This document shows, piece by piece, positions 1 through 10,565 of a stretch of 64,000 bases of DNA. Both the position numbers and the translations under genes were made by a program. Position 1 is the first letter of the stretch. Each line of letters begins with the position of its first letter. The DNA lies in contig CAMZFU010000001.1 in the NCBI GenBank assembly GCA_947306185.1, positions 23,952 to 87,951 on the forward strand, given 5' to 3'. The notes beneath the pieces are model-generated. The model saw only the letters and a list, made by a program, of their open reading frames with translations. It was not told the origin of the DNA and did no database searches. Origin of the DNA: an uncultured Pseudomonadota bacterium (lineage in GTDB: Bacteria > Pseudomonadota > Alphaproteobacteria > Rs-D84).

Positions 1-600
1 TATCGCCACGCACACGAAAAGAACCACGATCAAACGCAATATCGTTTCGTTTATATTGGATATTTACTAATTCACGCATAACATCATCGCGCCCCATCAT
101 ATCGCCGGCCCTTAACACAAGTTTCATCCCAGAATACTGTTCCGGTGTTCCCAGGCCATATATAGAAGACACCGAAGAAACAACGATAACATCACGTTCT
201 TCTAACATTGCACGTGTCGCACTGTGTCGCATACGATCCAATTGGTCATTTATAGATGCGTCTTTATCAATATATGTATCTGTTGTTGGAACGTATGCTT
301 CGGGTTGATAATAATCATAATATGACACGAAATATTCCACATGATTATGCGGAAAAAATGACTTCATTTCAGTATATAACTGCGCCGCAAGAATCTTGTT
401 CGGCGCCATCAATAATGCCGGCCGTCCCAATTCGGCAATAACATTCGCCATTGTAAATGTCTTGCCAGAACCCGTTACCCCAAGCAAAACCTGGGAACGA
501 CGCCCTTCTTGGATGCCTTTTACCAAATCAGATATGGCGACCGGTTGGTCGCCCATTGGTTTGTAATCACTTTCAAGATTAAAAATTTTTTTGTTCACAT
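1..600 (-). CDS. uvrB: Excinuclease ABC subunit B, N-terminal part (3' end of gene lies beyond window start)
   Basis: Reverse-strand translation from ATG at 598-600 gives [19 protein letters not shown]...[18 protein letters not shown]... with Walker A and conserved UvrB N-terminal helicase motifs. ORF runs off the window edge, so it is absent from the ORF track. Confidence 0.85.
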
Positions 601-645
601 CATAGAGTATAATCCATTATAATAAAAAAACAAGAGGACGAGAGA

Positions 646-3123
646 ATGCCGATAAAACCACGCCATAAACGCAGAACTTTTTGGGTAATTATTATACTAA
701 TTGCATTGGTAATTATGGGGTTAATTGTATTACCGTCATTTATCAACCTAAATAAAATGCGCGACCGCATAGAATCCGCGATTCTGGCACAAACAGGTGT
801 TGCCACACAAATTAATGGTGATATAACTTTTGGTATTCTTGGACGCACAACCATAGTCGCACACGATGTCCGCCTGCCCCATGGGACGGCAAAAAAGATT
901 GCGGTAAAAATACCTTTTATGGGATTATTCAATCCATTGGGGACAACACTGACCGGTGAAATATCCGCAACCGGCGCAAACATACAATTAACATCATTGG
1001 CGGCATTAAACCTTAAATACGACCTTGTGGTCCATGATTCTGTTGTTAGATTTATGGACAAGAATTATTACATAATAGATGGCGTGTTTAGCAGGGGTAC
1101 ATTTAATGGACTGATTAGAACCGGACAACATAAATATGACATAAGGTTCAACAACAAAGAATTTACAGTTAAAAACAAAAATATGAACCTGGATATTCGT
1201 GGCGAATTGTATCCATCAGGTGCAGCAAGTGGAACATTAGAAATATCAACCGACAAAATCAATTCTTGGTTCGAATTTTCGGAACCAAAAATAACAAGAC
1301 ATGTCAACTTGGTTACTGATTTTTGGTGGGATGGTGCATACGGGTTTAAATTCTATGATATGACCGCAAATAATGTTCATGGGAACATAGACCTTGAATC
1401 AAACGGTTGGCGGAATATAAACCTAACTTCGGATAATACCGATTTTGACTTTTCTTTTTTGGCAAAGGGAACAAAAATATTACGCAACACGCGTCTAAAT
1501 ATCGATTTTACAGGTATGTTAAAATTTGAAAATCGTGATTTTAGACACATCAAAATAGACGCTGTTGGTACAGAACAATATGTTCAAATAAATGAAATCG
1601 TTGCGGATGACAGTATATTCATGGGCGGAACAATTGATGCCAATGGTGCGCATAATATTATGATTCATACAAATATAGATGACACCCCAACACAATGTCT
1701 GTTTTCTGGGACGCCGGAAAAATGGGAATGTCAGAATTTCAAATATGGAAACATTACCGGTGTTATAAAAACAACCAAGAATTCTGTTGTTGCAAATATT
1801 ACATCCAATACCCAAATTACCACAAAAGAACTTAGTACCTATGTATCACGTATCGGCAAAAAAAATGTAGATATCAAATTCAAATTCGCGAATATGGGTG
1901 GCCGATTTATATCAAATAAAAATGGAACAAAAACAGAATACGATTACGTGTATGGTAAAAATCTGCATTGGTTGAACCCGCATATAAAATTATTACCAGA
2001 ATTTATGATGAATGATGTCGGCAATATTATATGGACGGATAAAACAATGTCATTTATTCCTAATTCTGGTGAATGGTCGTTAACCTTACAAGATAACTTC
2101 TTTTACCTAACTGGGAACAGTATCAAAAAATGGTTTCCCAAAATAGATATGCGCATAGTGAATGATTTCGCATATGTCGCATCGGGTTTTTATAATGACC
2201 AAGGCGATATTTCCGATTTAACAATAAAAATTGCCGGTCATGTGTTTACTGGTACTGCTAATTCAGACAGTATCACTTTACATACCGATACATTGATATT
2301 GAAAGAATTCCTTAATCAAGAATTCTTTGACAGGTACGAAGAAATGGAATTTTTGGCGAATTCACCTATACTTTTACCATTTGATTTTGAACGCAATATA
2401 TATCTAAGTGTTGATACATTACTGTATGATAATAATGCATATAAAAATTTCGTCTATGCTTTGAAATCTGGCACACAGACATTTTCTATCACCGATAATT
2501 CACGAGGCAATTTATTGGCCACAATTATACGCGAACGTTCCGAATATGATATATTCTTGCAATTAAATAGATTTGTTATAAATGGTGAATTACTGCGTCG
2601 TAATTTCCCATTGAATATTGCCGATACATCAATTACCGCCGAAATGCAATTGCACACAAATGGCCATATTGCACACGATATTTGGTATAATATGATAGGT
2701 GATATAGATTTAACATTTGACGGTGGTTACATAAATGGTATTGGTATAGATGAATTTTATGCGAACACGGAAAATCTTTCACGCCTTAATGTCGAAGACT
2801 ATCTTATTACCGCACTTGAATCTGGCACGACCCGTATCAAGAATATGCGCATTATCGGTAAATATGAACGCGGTAATTTTGAAACGACAACACCATTGAC
2901 AATTGCCGTTCGTCACGCCGATATTGTGGGAGCATTGAACATCACAGATAATATGATGACAACCAAACTTGACATAACAATGCGTGCAACCGCCCCGGAC
3001 CCGGTCACAGTATCTTTAACGGTTGCACCAAACGGGAAACGCGGATATTCAATGTCAGAACTCATGCGATATTTTGACCCAGCCTTTATGCGAGAGTTTA
3101 TAAAAACGCATAATCGGTTCTAG
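646..3123 (+). CDS. AsmA-family-like large envelope protein (N-terminal membrane anchor plus large periplasmic domain)
   Basis: 825 aa. Basic N-terminus then one TM helix (FWVIIILIALVIMGLIVLPSF), then a long hydrophilic domain. Architecture and N-terminal region resemble AsmA/TamB-like proteins. Confidence 0.45.
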   Translation: MPIKPRHKRRTFWVIIILIALVIMGLIVLPSFINLNKMRDRIESAILAQTGVATQINGDITFGILGRTTIVAHDVRLPHGTAKKIAVKIPFMGLFNPLGTTLTGEISATGANIQLTSLAALNLKYDLVVHDSVVRFMDKNYYIIDGVFSRGTFNGLIRTGQHKYDIRFNNKEFTVKNKNMNLDIRGELYPSGAASGTLEISTDKINSWFEFSEPKITRHVNLVTDFWWDGAYGFKFYDMTANNVHGNIDLESNGWRNINLTSDNTDFDFSFLAKGTKILRNTRLNIDFTGMLKFENRDFRHIKIDAVGTEQYVQINEIVADDSIFMGGTIDANGAHNIMIHTNIDDTPTQCLFSGTPEKWECQNFKYGNITGVIKTTKNSVVANITSNTQITTKELSTYVSRIGKKNVDIKFKFANMGGRFISNKNGTKTEYDYVYGKNLHWLNPHIKLLPEFMMNDVGNIIWTDKTMSFIPNSGEWSLTLQDNFFYLTGNSIKKWFPKIDMRIVNDFAYVASGFYNDQGDISDLTIKIAGHVFTGTANSDSITLHTDTLILKEFLNQEFFDRYEEMEFLANSPILLPFDFERNIYLSVDTLLYDNNAYKNFVYALKSGTQTFSITDNSRGNLLATIIRERSEYDIFLQLNRFVINGELLRRNFPLNIADTSITAEMQLHTNGHIAHDIWYNMIGDIDLTFDGGYINGIGIDEFYANTENLSRLNVEDYLITALESGTTRIKNMRIIGKYERGNFETTTPLTIAVRHADIVGALNITDNMMTTKLDITMRATAPDPVTVSLTVAPNGKRGYSMSELMRYFDPAFMREFIKTHNRF

Positions 3124-3148
3124 AACGGCTTATTCAAATGGTTGTTTG

Positions 3149-4006
3149 CTATCTCTTTTTACCGCGCGGATATGCCCAATGTCCTTTGTGCGTTTCATAA
3201 GACCTTGCTAAACGGGCGTCTAATGCAAGTGCATATAAATTTACAGCCGGTGCAATAACATATTCATCGCCCATTCTTTTGACTGCGTTAATCAAATCGC
3301 AAACTTCACGAACCTTGGCCCCAGAATATCTAATATCATCAATACTTTTGCGTGAATCGTACCAGGTCCATGGTTGAATATGTCTGCATAATACCCGACC
3401 ATAATCTTTGAGAAAATAATTAGAACTAACAAGATCATTATCTTTGTTATTTATTTTATAATACGTACTTAAAAATGTGCCGAAACTTTCTAAACATTTT
3501 TGTTTTGGGCGATTAAATGTATAACCACCAACATACCCGCTTATGTTTTTAGTTAAAGGGAGATTAGTATAAAAAGGTTCTGACTTTGATTCTGGTTTTG
3601 GATCTAATTCTGATAATGCCTGGTCAAGACATTTTTGTAAATCATTAACATCTGCCGATAAATAACCAACCGCGGATTTTATATCTTTATTATCAATGCA
3701 TTGACCGAACTCATATGTTCCATACAAAATACTGGCCAACACTATCAACATAATTTGTTGTGCCTGGGATTTAGTTAATTCATTGGTCCCCATTTGTACG
3801 CCATATAATACCACCATTAATTTGTGTATACGTTGCCCGATTTCTTTATCTGATGACATTTTATATTTTGCCGCCAATTCGGCGCCCCTATTTTCGGGGA
3901 CACTAAGCCCCCGCACAAACGTATCACGTTTTGCAATATCTGCCGCCATTTTTTTCTCGTCAGTTATCACCCGCAATTCCGACATACTTTTTTTACCGTC
4001 TGACAT
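3149..4006 (-). CDS. Hypothetical protein
   Basis: ORF 3149..4084. Internal ATG at 4006 is preceded by AGGGA RBS, so the likely start is MSDGKK. No recognisable motifs. Confidence 0.4.
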   Translation of the reverse strand: MSDGKKSMSELRVITDEKKMAADIAKRDTFVRGLSVPENRGAELAAKYKMSSDKEIGQRIHKLMVVLYGVQMGTNELTKSQAQQIMLIVLASILYGTYEFGQCIDNKDIKSAVGYLSADVNDLQKCLDQALSELDPKPESKSEPFYTNLPLTKNISGYVGGYTFNRPKQKCLESFGTFLSTYYKINNKDNDLVSSNYFLKDYGRVLCRHIQPWTWYDSRKSIDDIRYSGAKVREVCDLINAVKRMGDEYVIAPAVNLYALALDARLARSYETHKGHWAYPRGKKR

Positions 4007-4089
4007 ATTCGTATCCCTATTTGTTATTCTATTAAAGTTATTTATATATCGAACGCAACATACCACAAAAACCAACAATGTCAATTAAA

Positions 4090-4113
4090 ACACCCGCAAT
4101 CCTGCGGGTGTTT
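4090..4113 (-). terminator. Rho-independent terminator downstream of aspS
   Basis: Hairpin aaacacccgcaatcctgcgggtgttt followed by a T-rich tract on the minus strand. Confidence 0.5.
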
Positions 4114-4131
4114 AGTTTTGGTACTTTATAT

Positions 4132-5901
4132 TTAGTTCTTTTTACGAACCTGAATATGTACGTCACGCAGTTGCTGTTCGGTAACCTCGTTCGGTGACCC
4201 CATCAGCAAGTCCTGACCGCGTTGGTTCGCCGGGAACGCGACAATTTCACGCAAACTGTCGCCATTGCCCAATATTTCGGACACAACACGTTCAATACCG
4301 AACGCGCATCCACCGTGTGGTGGCGCACCATATTGGAACGCAGTGTACAGGCCAGAGAAGTTCTTTTCAACCGCCTCTATTGGATAACCGGCGATTTCAA
4401 AACATTTCTTCATAACATCTGGGTTATAGTTACGCAGGCCCCCACTGCAGATTTCGATACCGTTTAACACCATATCAAACTGTGCCGCCTTGATTGTGAA
4501 AGGATCACGTGTGGACAGTTCTTCCAATGTTGCAAGTGGATACGAGAACGGATTGTGTGTAAACATTGGTGCACCACCGCGTTCTTCATCGGGTTCAAAG
4601 AACGGGAAATTATCAACCCAACAAAATGCAAAGTCGCGTGGTTTTACTAAACCTAAATCCGCACCAAGTTTGTTACGCAATTTACCTGCGGCCTTGGCTG
4701 CAACTTCAACATTGTCACATATAAAGAACAATGATGCATTATCGCCTGCAATTTCATGTAACTTTGCAATACGGTCTGCGTCCAATTTCTTGGAGACTGG
4801 ACCTTTGGCCTCTTCTGCAAATACGATATAGCCAAGTCCGCCAAGACCCAATTCTTTGGTTGCATATTCACCAAGTTTATCAAACCACGAACGTGGTTTG
4901 TCCGCACTATTTGGTGCCGGAACCGCACGAACAACCGAACCGTTTTCAATTGCATTTGCAAAGATTCCGAAATCAGACCCACGGAATATTTCGGTTACAT
5001 CGCTAATCAAAATCGGATTCCGCAAATCCGGTTTATCGGATCCATATTTCAACATTGCATCATCAAATGAAATATGCGGAATATCAGGATATACATTTGC
5101 ATCAGACGCAAATGTTTTAACCATTTCTGGAATAACAGCCTCGCCAACAGCCTGAATATCTGGCAAATCGACAAAAGACATTTCCAAATCTAATTGATAA
5201 AATTCTAGCAAACGATCTGCGCGTAAATCTTCATCGCGGAAACATGGTGCAATTTGGAAATAACGGTCAAAACCCGACACTTGTAACAATTGCTTAAACA
5301 TCTGTGGGGCCTGTGGCAACGCATAGAACTTACCATGATGCAAACGCGATGGGACCAAGAAACTGCGCGCACCTTCGGGCGAATCTGCGGTAAGCAACGG
5401 TGTTTGAAATTCTGAAAATCCTAAATCCCACATTTTATCACGCAACCATTTCATCATCTTGTTGCGCATTAAAATATTGTAATGTAATTTTTCACGGCGC
5501 AAATCAAGGAAGCGGAACTTGTAACGTAACTCTTCACTTGTTTCATCATCGCCAAATACTTGGAACGGTAAAACCTCGGCCGATGTTAAAACATTCCATG
5601 ATTCGACACTTATTTCAATTTCACCGGTTGGAATTTTTTCGTTTATTTGTGATGCGTCACGCGCAACAACCTTACCCACGACCTGCAATACCGATTCTGG
5701 ACGTACGCGTTCCAAATCTTCATTTCCGCCATCAAGAACAATCTGCGTAATTCCATAATTATCGCGCAGGTCAATAAATAACAAAGACCCGTGGTCACGT
5801 TTACGATGAACCCAACCAGACAGGGTTACGGTTTCCCCAACATTCTTGGCGGTCAATTCACCGCACGTATGTGTTCTGTATTTTGATTTCAGTGATAACA
5901 T
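4132..5901 (-). CDS. aspS: Aspartate--tRNA ligase
   Basis: Class II aaRS motifs (FRDEDLRADR, GGLGYIVF, GGCAFGIERV). Anticodon-binding OB-fold N-terminus. Probable start MLSLKSKYRTHTCGEL at 5901. Confidence 0.9.
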   Translation of the reverse strand: MLSLKSKYRTHTCGELTAKNVGETVTLSGWVHRKRDHGSLLFIDLRDNYGITQIVLDGGNEDLERVRPESVLQVVGKVVARDASQINEKIPTGEIEISVESWNVLTSAEVLPFQVFGDDETSEELRYKFRFLDLRREKLHYNILMRNKMMKWLRDKMWDLGFSEFQTPLLTADSPEGARSFLVPSRLHHGKFYALPQAPQMFKQLLQVSGFDRYFQIAPCFRDEDLRADRLLEFYQLDLEMSFVDLPDIQAVGEAVIPEMVKTFASDANVYPDIPHISFDDAMLKYGSDKPDLRNPILISDVTEIFRGSDFGIFANAIENGSVVRAVPAPNSADKPRSWFDKLGEYATKELGLGGLGYIVFAEEAKGPVSKKLDADRIAKLHEIAGDNASLFFICDNVEVAAKAAGKLRNKLGADLGLVKPRDFAFCWVDNFPFFEPDEERGGAPMFTHNPFSYPLATLEELSTRDPFTIKAAQFDMVLNGIEICSGGLRNYNPDVMKKCFEIAGYPIEAVEKNFSGLYTAFQYGAPPHGGCAFGIERVVSEILGNGDSLREIVAFPANQRGQDLLMGSPNEVTEQQLRDVHIQVRKKN

Positions 5902-6124
5902 TTTCGTCCCTTTTATCTTTGGGCGACAAAAAACGGCAAGGTTTCTGGCACCCATTGGTTAAACATATTTCGGGGCGCATAAATCTGGCTATGCGCGGTG
6001 CCACCCGAATTTATCACTTTTTTGTTTTTGAATCCGACTCCGTGGTTGTTGGTCACATCACCGCCAACATTCAAAACTTCTATGTATTCTACAAATGATT
6101 TTTACGGTTTGCAAGAATTATAAA

Positions 6125-6490
6125 TTACATGGCTTTTTCTTTAATCTTTCCTAGTAAAACAGGATTCTTATTGGTAACAATCCAATCTCCACCTATACAC
6201 ATTATATCAAACAAAAGTTTCCCAGTGTCATCATAAAAAGAAACCTCTCCATCGGCTCCAACATAGTCAGGCCTATCGTAAATAGCCTTCATACCGACCG
6301 TTGGAACAAACCCCAAACTCTTGGGTAAAACCATACCTCGACCAACAAACGGTATTTCGCCTTTTTCATCGGTAAAATCCAGCGTATACGCATCTCGGCT
6401 TTCAACGACACCTGAAACAACCTTTCGTACAAAGGATCTCAATAACCCATTCCCAACAAAACGTGGAACATATTTATCATAACCAGACAT
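6125..6490 (-). CDS. Hypothetical protein (121 aa)
   Basis: ORF only. No recognisable motifs. Confidence 0.3.
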   Translation of the reverse strand: MSGYDKYVPRFVGNGLLRSFVRKVVSGVVESRDAYTLDFTDEKGEIPFVGRGMVLPKSLGFVPTVGMKAIYDRPDYVGADGEVSFYDDTGKLLFDIMCIGGDWIVTNKNPVLLGKIKEKAM

Positions 6491-6612
6491 CTTTGAACTC
6501 CCAACATATTTTGTATTTGCGTATCTACATACCCGTCTTCGTTCGCTTCACTCACTACGCTACAACACTGATTTTTTTAACCGTGCGCAATGCGCGGGAC
6601 AACAAAAATTCG

Positions 6613-6686
6613 TGGTGCCCTAAGCAAGAATCGGACTTGCGACTCGTCCTTACCAAGGACGTGTTTTACCACTAGACTATTAGGGC
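6613..6686 (-). tRNA. tRNA-Thr (anticodon GGT)
   Basis: Reverse complement GCCCTAATAGTCTAGTGGTAAAACACGTCCTTGGTAAGGACGAGTCGCAAGTCCGATTCTTGCTTAGGGCACCA. Perfect acceptor, anticodon (CGTCC/GGACG, loop TTGGTAA) and T arms (GCAAG/CTTGC). D stem has one C-A mismatch. CCA is encoded. Confidence 0.75.
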
Positions 6687-6759
6687 AATTCGTAAAATCA
6701 CGGGCAAATTATACGGACATCCAGAAAAAAATCAAGCAAAAACCGCCCTGCCCGATTTT

Positions 6760-7443
6760 TTATATTATTTTGTATTTCTTTAATTCCACCTTGTGTTCCA
6801 TTGATACCCGATACGATTCGGTCGCCTTTTGGATGGCGCGGTTATGTGTCCATGTATCAAGCACCCTATTCTTGAAATATTGCAATATATGCCTCCACTG
6901 TTTTGCGGCGGCCGTTGCAAAATACCACGCACGCATCATATTTATATAATATTCATCTGATTTTATATTGGCGACCATATCGGCATATTTTGTATCAAAC
7001 CCATCATCCAAGAAATACCGCATCAGGCATAATACCGCGAAACGCACCGTATATGTGTGCTTTGATTTAATCCATTTTTTAATATATGGCAATAATTTGT
7101 CGGCATTTTTGGCAAAAACACGTGGGGACATCTGGTCGCATGTCGCCCAATTATCAACATATGATAAAAAACTATCCACCGCCGAGGCCGCAGAATCAAA
7201 ATCACGAAAATCAGATATAATAAATGCATGCAATTGATTTTCCTCAAAATATTTATGTGGCAAATTCTTAATAAAATCATCCGCCGTATCACGCATTTGT
7301 CGCGCCAAGGCACGAAGTTCTGGTGTCCGTACACCAATAACAGACATTTTATCAACCGTTGGTAATAGTGCAGATTGAAAATCCCTGTATACGGTGTCTT
7401 GCAACGCATACAGGGATTTTAAGATATCGTCTTTTGTCGTCAT
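6760..7443 (-). CDS. DNA alkylation repair protein (AlkD/AlkC-like HEAT-repeat glycosylase family)
   Basis: 227 aa all-helical protein. Overall similarity pattern to the 'DNA alkylation repair enzyme' family (remembered). Start overlaps the upstream stop by TAATG. Confidence 0.5.
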   Translation of the reverse strand: MTTKDDILKSLYALQDTVYRDFQSALLPTVDKMSVIGVRTPELRALARQMRDTADDFIKNLPHKYFEENQLHAFIISDFRDFDSAASAVDSFLSYVDNWATCDQMSPRVFAKNADKLLPYIKKWIKSKHTYTVRFAVLCLMRYFLDDGFDTKYADMVANIKSDEYYINMMRAWYFATAAAKQWRHILQYFKNRVLDTWTHNRAIQKATESYRVSMEHKVELKKYKII

Positions 7444-7961
7444 TATTCTAAATTATCTTTTATCCATTTTTCAACTGCATCACGGGCATCAGATACATTT
7501 GAACCATACAACGCCAGCCCCGGTTTAACATCCACACCTTTTAACAGATTTTTAATATCATCCACACTTTCCCCCAGGTGCGAACCTTCGTGCGTAACAA
7601 ACGGCATAATTATTTTACCCTTGAAATCATACCGTTCTAAAAATGTAAATACCGCCATTGGGTACGTTCCCCACCATACTGGTCCACCAATAAAAATCAC
7701 ATCATATTCAGACAAATCGCCCGCCGGCAATGTTTTAAGTGTCGGTCGAACATCTTTGGTCTTTTCCTGTTGGGCGATATCAGTACATTCATTATAGTCG
7801 TTTGGGTATTCGTTTTTGGTTTCAATTCTAAACATATCTGCGGACATAATATCACGAATATATTCGGCAACAACCTCTGTATTACCCTTGACCAGGTTAA
7901 CTATTCCACCCCCGAACCAGTTTTGCCCAGTATGTGAAAAATATGCAACTAATGATTTCAT
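7443..7961 (-). CDS. Flavodoxin-like protein
   Basis: MKSLVAYFSHTGQN... N-terminal flavodoxin signature and FMN-binding-like loops. Likely start at MKSL (7961). Confidence 0.55.
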   Translation of the reverse strand: MKSLVAYFSHTGQNWFGGGIVNLVKGNTEVVAEYIRDIMSADMFRIETKNEYPNDYNECTDIAQQEKTKDVRPTLKTLPAGDLSEYDVIFIGGPVWWGTYPMAVFTFLERYDFKGKIIMPFVTHEGSHLGESVDDIKNLLKGVDVKPGLALYGSNVSDARDAVEKWIKDNLE

Positions 7962-8076
7962 AATTTCTCCTTTTCCGACAATGATACACAAAAACCGTAA
8001 AAGTTTTAATAATTTTTTTAATCACTCACCATAAAAATTTTTAGGAATAACACCAAAAATATGATAAAATATTCGT

Positions 8077-9102
8077 ATGCGTAGAGAGATTGGTATTTTT
8101 TGTATTTTGGCATTTGTGTATGGCCCGGCACTTTGTGATTCCACCCCTTTGAGTGAACAAATTGAGAACGTACGTGCACAATGTTCTGGCATATCTTCCA
8201 AAATGGATGGATTAAAACGCATGGCCGGAATCAATACCGCCATTACGTCTGTTGGCACGGTTGCGGGCGGTGTTGGATTGGGTACCGGTATAGCCAAGGC
8301 AAAAGTGGATAAAATAGCCGAGCAATTAGAGGCAGAATTACAGGCAGAAATTGATAAATTGAGGCAATTGGCCACAACACAAACACATATTGATTATATA
8401 CCACAATCTAACATACCTGCGGGACAAACGCTAATATCGGACGATTCACCAACAACCAGTCAGCCCCAAGCACAACTGCAAACCGATCAGGCGGACATTG
8501 AAAAACAACAGGCAATAATAAAACAAAAACAGGCCGAATTGGATGCCGCAACACAAAAGTCAAAAACACTGGGTAATGTTCGCACGGGCACACTTGCCGG
8601 CGCGGCGGTAACCGACGCGGCCGGAACAATAATCGCGGTAAAAAATCGTGTTGATGATGATTTACAACAACGCATTGATAATTGTGCACTTGCGGTCCAA
8701 GAATTGTCCAAGGCATCCATTCAGGCACAAATGGAAGAACAAGACAACACATTATTAACACGGGCCCAAAATATTGTCCAAGGGTGCAATGAATGGCGCA
8801 CAATTGACCTGTCTAAGATAAACAAACGTGCAACGGGTGCGGCGATATCATCGGGTGTTGGTACCGCGATGGCAATTGCTGGAACCGCGACCAGCGCATC
8901 TGCAAATTCTGACCGCATACGGGACAACAATACCGACCAAGGCAAACAGAAAGAGAAGAACCTAAACACTGCATCAAATGTTTTGGCGGGTGGAACCACG
9001 GTGGCATCTGGGGTGGCGGTAGTATTTAATGCAACACAAATCAAGGCAATAAAAGATGCGTTACAGGTTGCAGAAAATTGTGAAAAGGCACTTAACCAAT
9101 GA
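8077..9102 (+). CDS. Secreted protein with four Gly/Ala/Thr-rich glycine-zipper segments and coiled-coil linkers
   Basis: Signal peptide MRREIGIFCILAFVYGPALC. Segments AITSVGTVAGGVGLGTGIA, GTLAGAAVTDAAGTIIA, ATGAAISSGVGTAMAIAGTATSA, NVLAGGTTVASGVAVVF are separated by Q/E-rich helical stretches. Confidence 0.5.
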   Translation: MRREIGIFCILAFVYGPALCDSTPLSEQIENVRAQCSGISSKMDGLKRMAGINTAITSVGTVAGGVGLGTGIAKAKVDKIAEQLEAELQAEIDKLRQLATTQTHIDYIPQSNIPAGQTLISDDSPTTSQPQAQLQTDQADIEKQQAIIKQKQAELDAATQKSKTLGNVRTGTLAGAAVTDAAGTIIAVKNRVDDDLQQRIDNCALAVQELSKASIQAQMEEQDNTLLTRAQNIVQGCNEWRTIDLSKINKRATGAAISSGVGTAMAIAGTATSASANSDRIRDNNTDQGKQKEKNLNTASNVLAGGTTVASGVAVVFNATQIKAIKDALQVAENCEKALNQ

Positions 9103-10535
9103 AGAAATTATTATTAATTTTACTGACTGTTTTATATCCCTTCGTTGGAATTGCCGATGACCCACCTGGCAGATACCCATCACCGTTTAACGAACCCTAT
9201 CCACAAGCATCAAGAAGTGTTTTTGCAGACGACAATGATATAGAACTAGTATGGTCATACGCCGCGTTGGCTGATACCATAAATGAAATGAATAAACAAT
9301 GTAACCCGGTATCTATTCAACAACTTACGGCTATTGGAAATTGGGTTCGCAACAATGGCGCAAAATTTTCTAAACATCAACTCGCTTGGGTCTGCAAGCA
9401 AACCGGTCTTCGTGACATTAATAGAGCCTACATAGATGATAAAGGCAACAAATTAAAGTGCGAATTACCAACAAAAAATTGCCACAATAACAATTGTGGT
9501 GAAGTTAACTATACCCCATTTGCCGGATGTAATATATTCATAACGACATTTATTGATAAAAATGAGCAATACCGCAAAATTTTAAGTTTTAACAAACCAG
9601 GAACATATGTAAAGATACATAACCCTGACAAAGTATACAAAATCATTGATGTTGTGTTGGCAAATGACTATTGGGTAAATAATGAAGTAAATTTAGAATC
9701 CAACACATCCGATAAAAATACAATGATATATGTGGTTGATAATGGGAATATTACCCCATTATTAGGGAAAGATGGTCAACCTTTGCACACACATACAAAC
9801 GATATGTTTATTAACACATCTGCCGCCCAACAAGAAACCGGTGCATTTCGTGGTGCATTTACCAACAGTTATATATTCTGGGAGAGCGATTTTACATGGC
9901 TAATTGAAGACAAATACGATGAAAATCGTGGTTTGCTCACTGCTACTATTGAAAATGCACATAAAAGCTTTCCGGGACGCGAGTATGATATTCATGAACT
10001 AGATCAAGCTAAAAGAATGAGAATTTATGGTCAAACCGATACCGATGTGAATACAAATGCGGTAATATTCCATAATAAGGTCGCACACTTTGATTGGTTG
10101 GGGCATTGGCTATTCGGGGCAAATCTTGCTGAATCAACGCTCCCCGAAGAATGGGGTAAATGGGCGGCACATCGCCTTTCACATGGTGATACCAAAGAAC
10201 CACTAAACTTACAACAAGCATGGCAACTGGGTATGGAATGGGTACGAGAAAATTTATCCAAAAGAAACGAGACGTTTGCACATCACGTGGCTCGAACCCC
10301 AGATGAGGCATACAGTATGGCAAAATCGAATGTAATAGCAAGTTACGGCCCAACAGATATATCCTGTCGTGGAAATTGCAATGCACTAACTCAACTTGAT
10401 GTTGTTATATGCACATCTAATCAAGGCATTTATCCATACGTACGTGAAGAATATGTCTTTCAATCAATATGTGGTACCAAACAAGATTTAAGTGACCCAT
10501 ACGGTGGTGCTCTGTTTAGACCGGGTATGAGATAA
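9099..10535 (+). CDS. Secreted cysteine-rich hypothetical protein
   Basis: Signal peptide MKKLLLILLTVLYPFVGIA. Start overlaps the upstream stop (ATGA), so the two are translationally coupled. Confidence 0.5.
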   Translation: MKKLLLILLTVLYPFVGIADDPPGRYPSPFNEPYPQASRSVFADDNDIELVWSYAALADTINEMNKQCNPVSIQQLTAIGNWVRNNGAKFSKHQLAWVCKQTGLRDINRAYIDDKGNKLKCELPTKNCHNNNCGEVNYTPFAGCNIFITTFIDKNEQYRKILSFNKPGTYVKIHNPDKVYKIIDVVLANDYWVNNEVNLESNTSDKNTMIYVVDNGNITPLLGKDGQPLHTHTNDMFINTSAAQQETGAFRGAFTNSYIFWESDFTWLIEDKYDENRGLLTATIENAHKSFPGREYDIHELDQAKRMRIYGQTDTDVNTNAVIFHNKVAHFDWLGHWLFGANLAESTLPEEWGKWAAHRLSHGDTKEPLNLQQAWQLGMEWVRENLSKRNETFAHHVARTPDEAYSMAKSNVIASYGPTDISCRGNCNALTQLDVVICTSNQGIYPYVREEYVFQSICGTKQDLSDPYGGALFRPGMR

Positions 10536-10540
10536 AAAAA

Positions 10541-10560
10541 AGACCCAAACTTGGGTCTTT
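10541..10560. terminator. Bidirectional rho-independent terminator
   Basis: aaaaaaaAGACCCAaactTGGGTCTtttttatt. Perfect stem flanked by A-run and T-run, sitting between convergent genes. Confidence 0.8.
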
Positions 10561-10565
10561 TTTAT

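Noticed and set aside
4194-5750. Multiple plus-strand ORFs (73-116 aa) inside aspS
   Set aside because: Antisense to a strongly supported aspS CDS. No RBS, and composition typical of shadow ORFs.
6540-6600. Imperfect palindrome ccgtgcgcaatgcgcgg 3' of tRNA-Thr as a terminator
   Set aside because: Stem only ~4 bp with a 3-nt loop and no U-tract on the relevant strand.
7023-7409. 128-aa minus-strand ORF overlapping the AlkD-like gene in another frame
   Set aside because: Alternative frame of a gene with clear family similarity. Shadow ORF.
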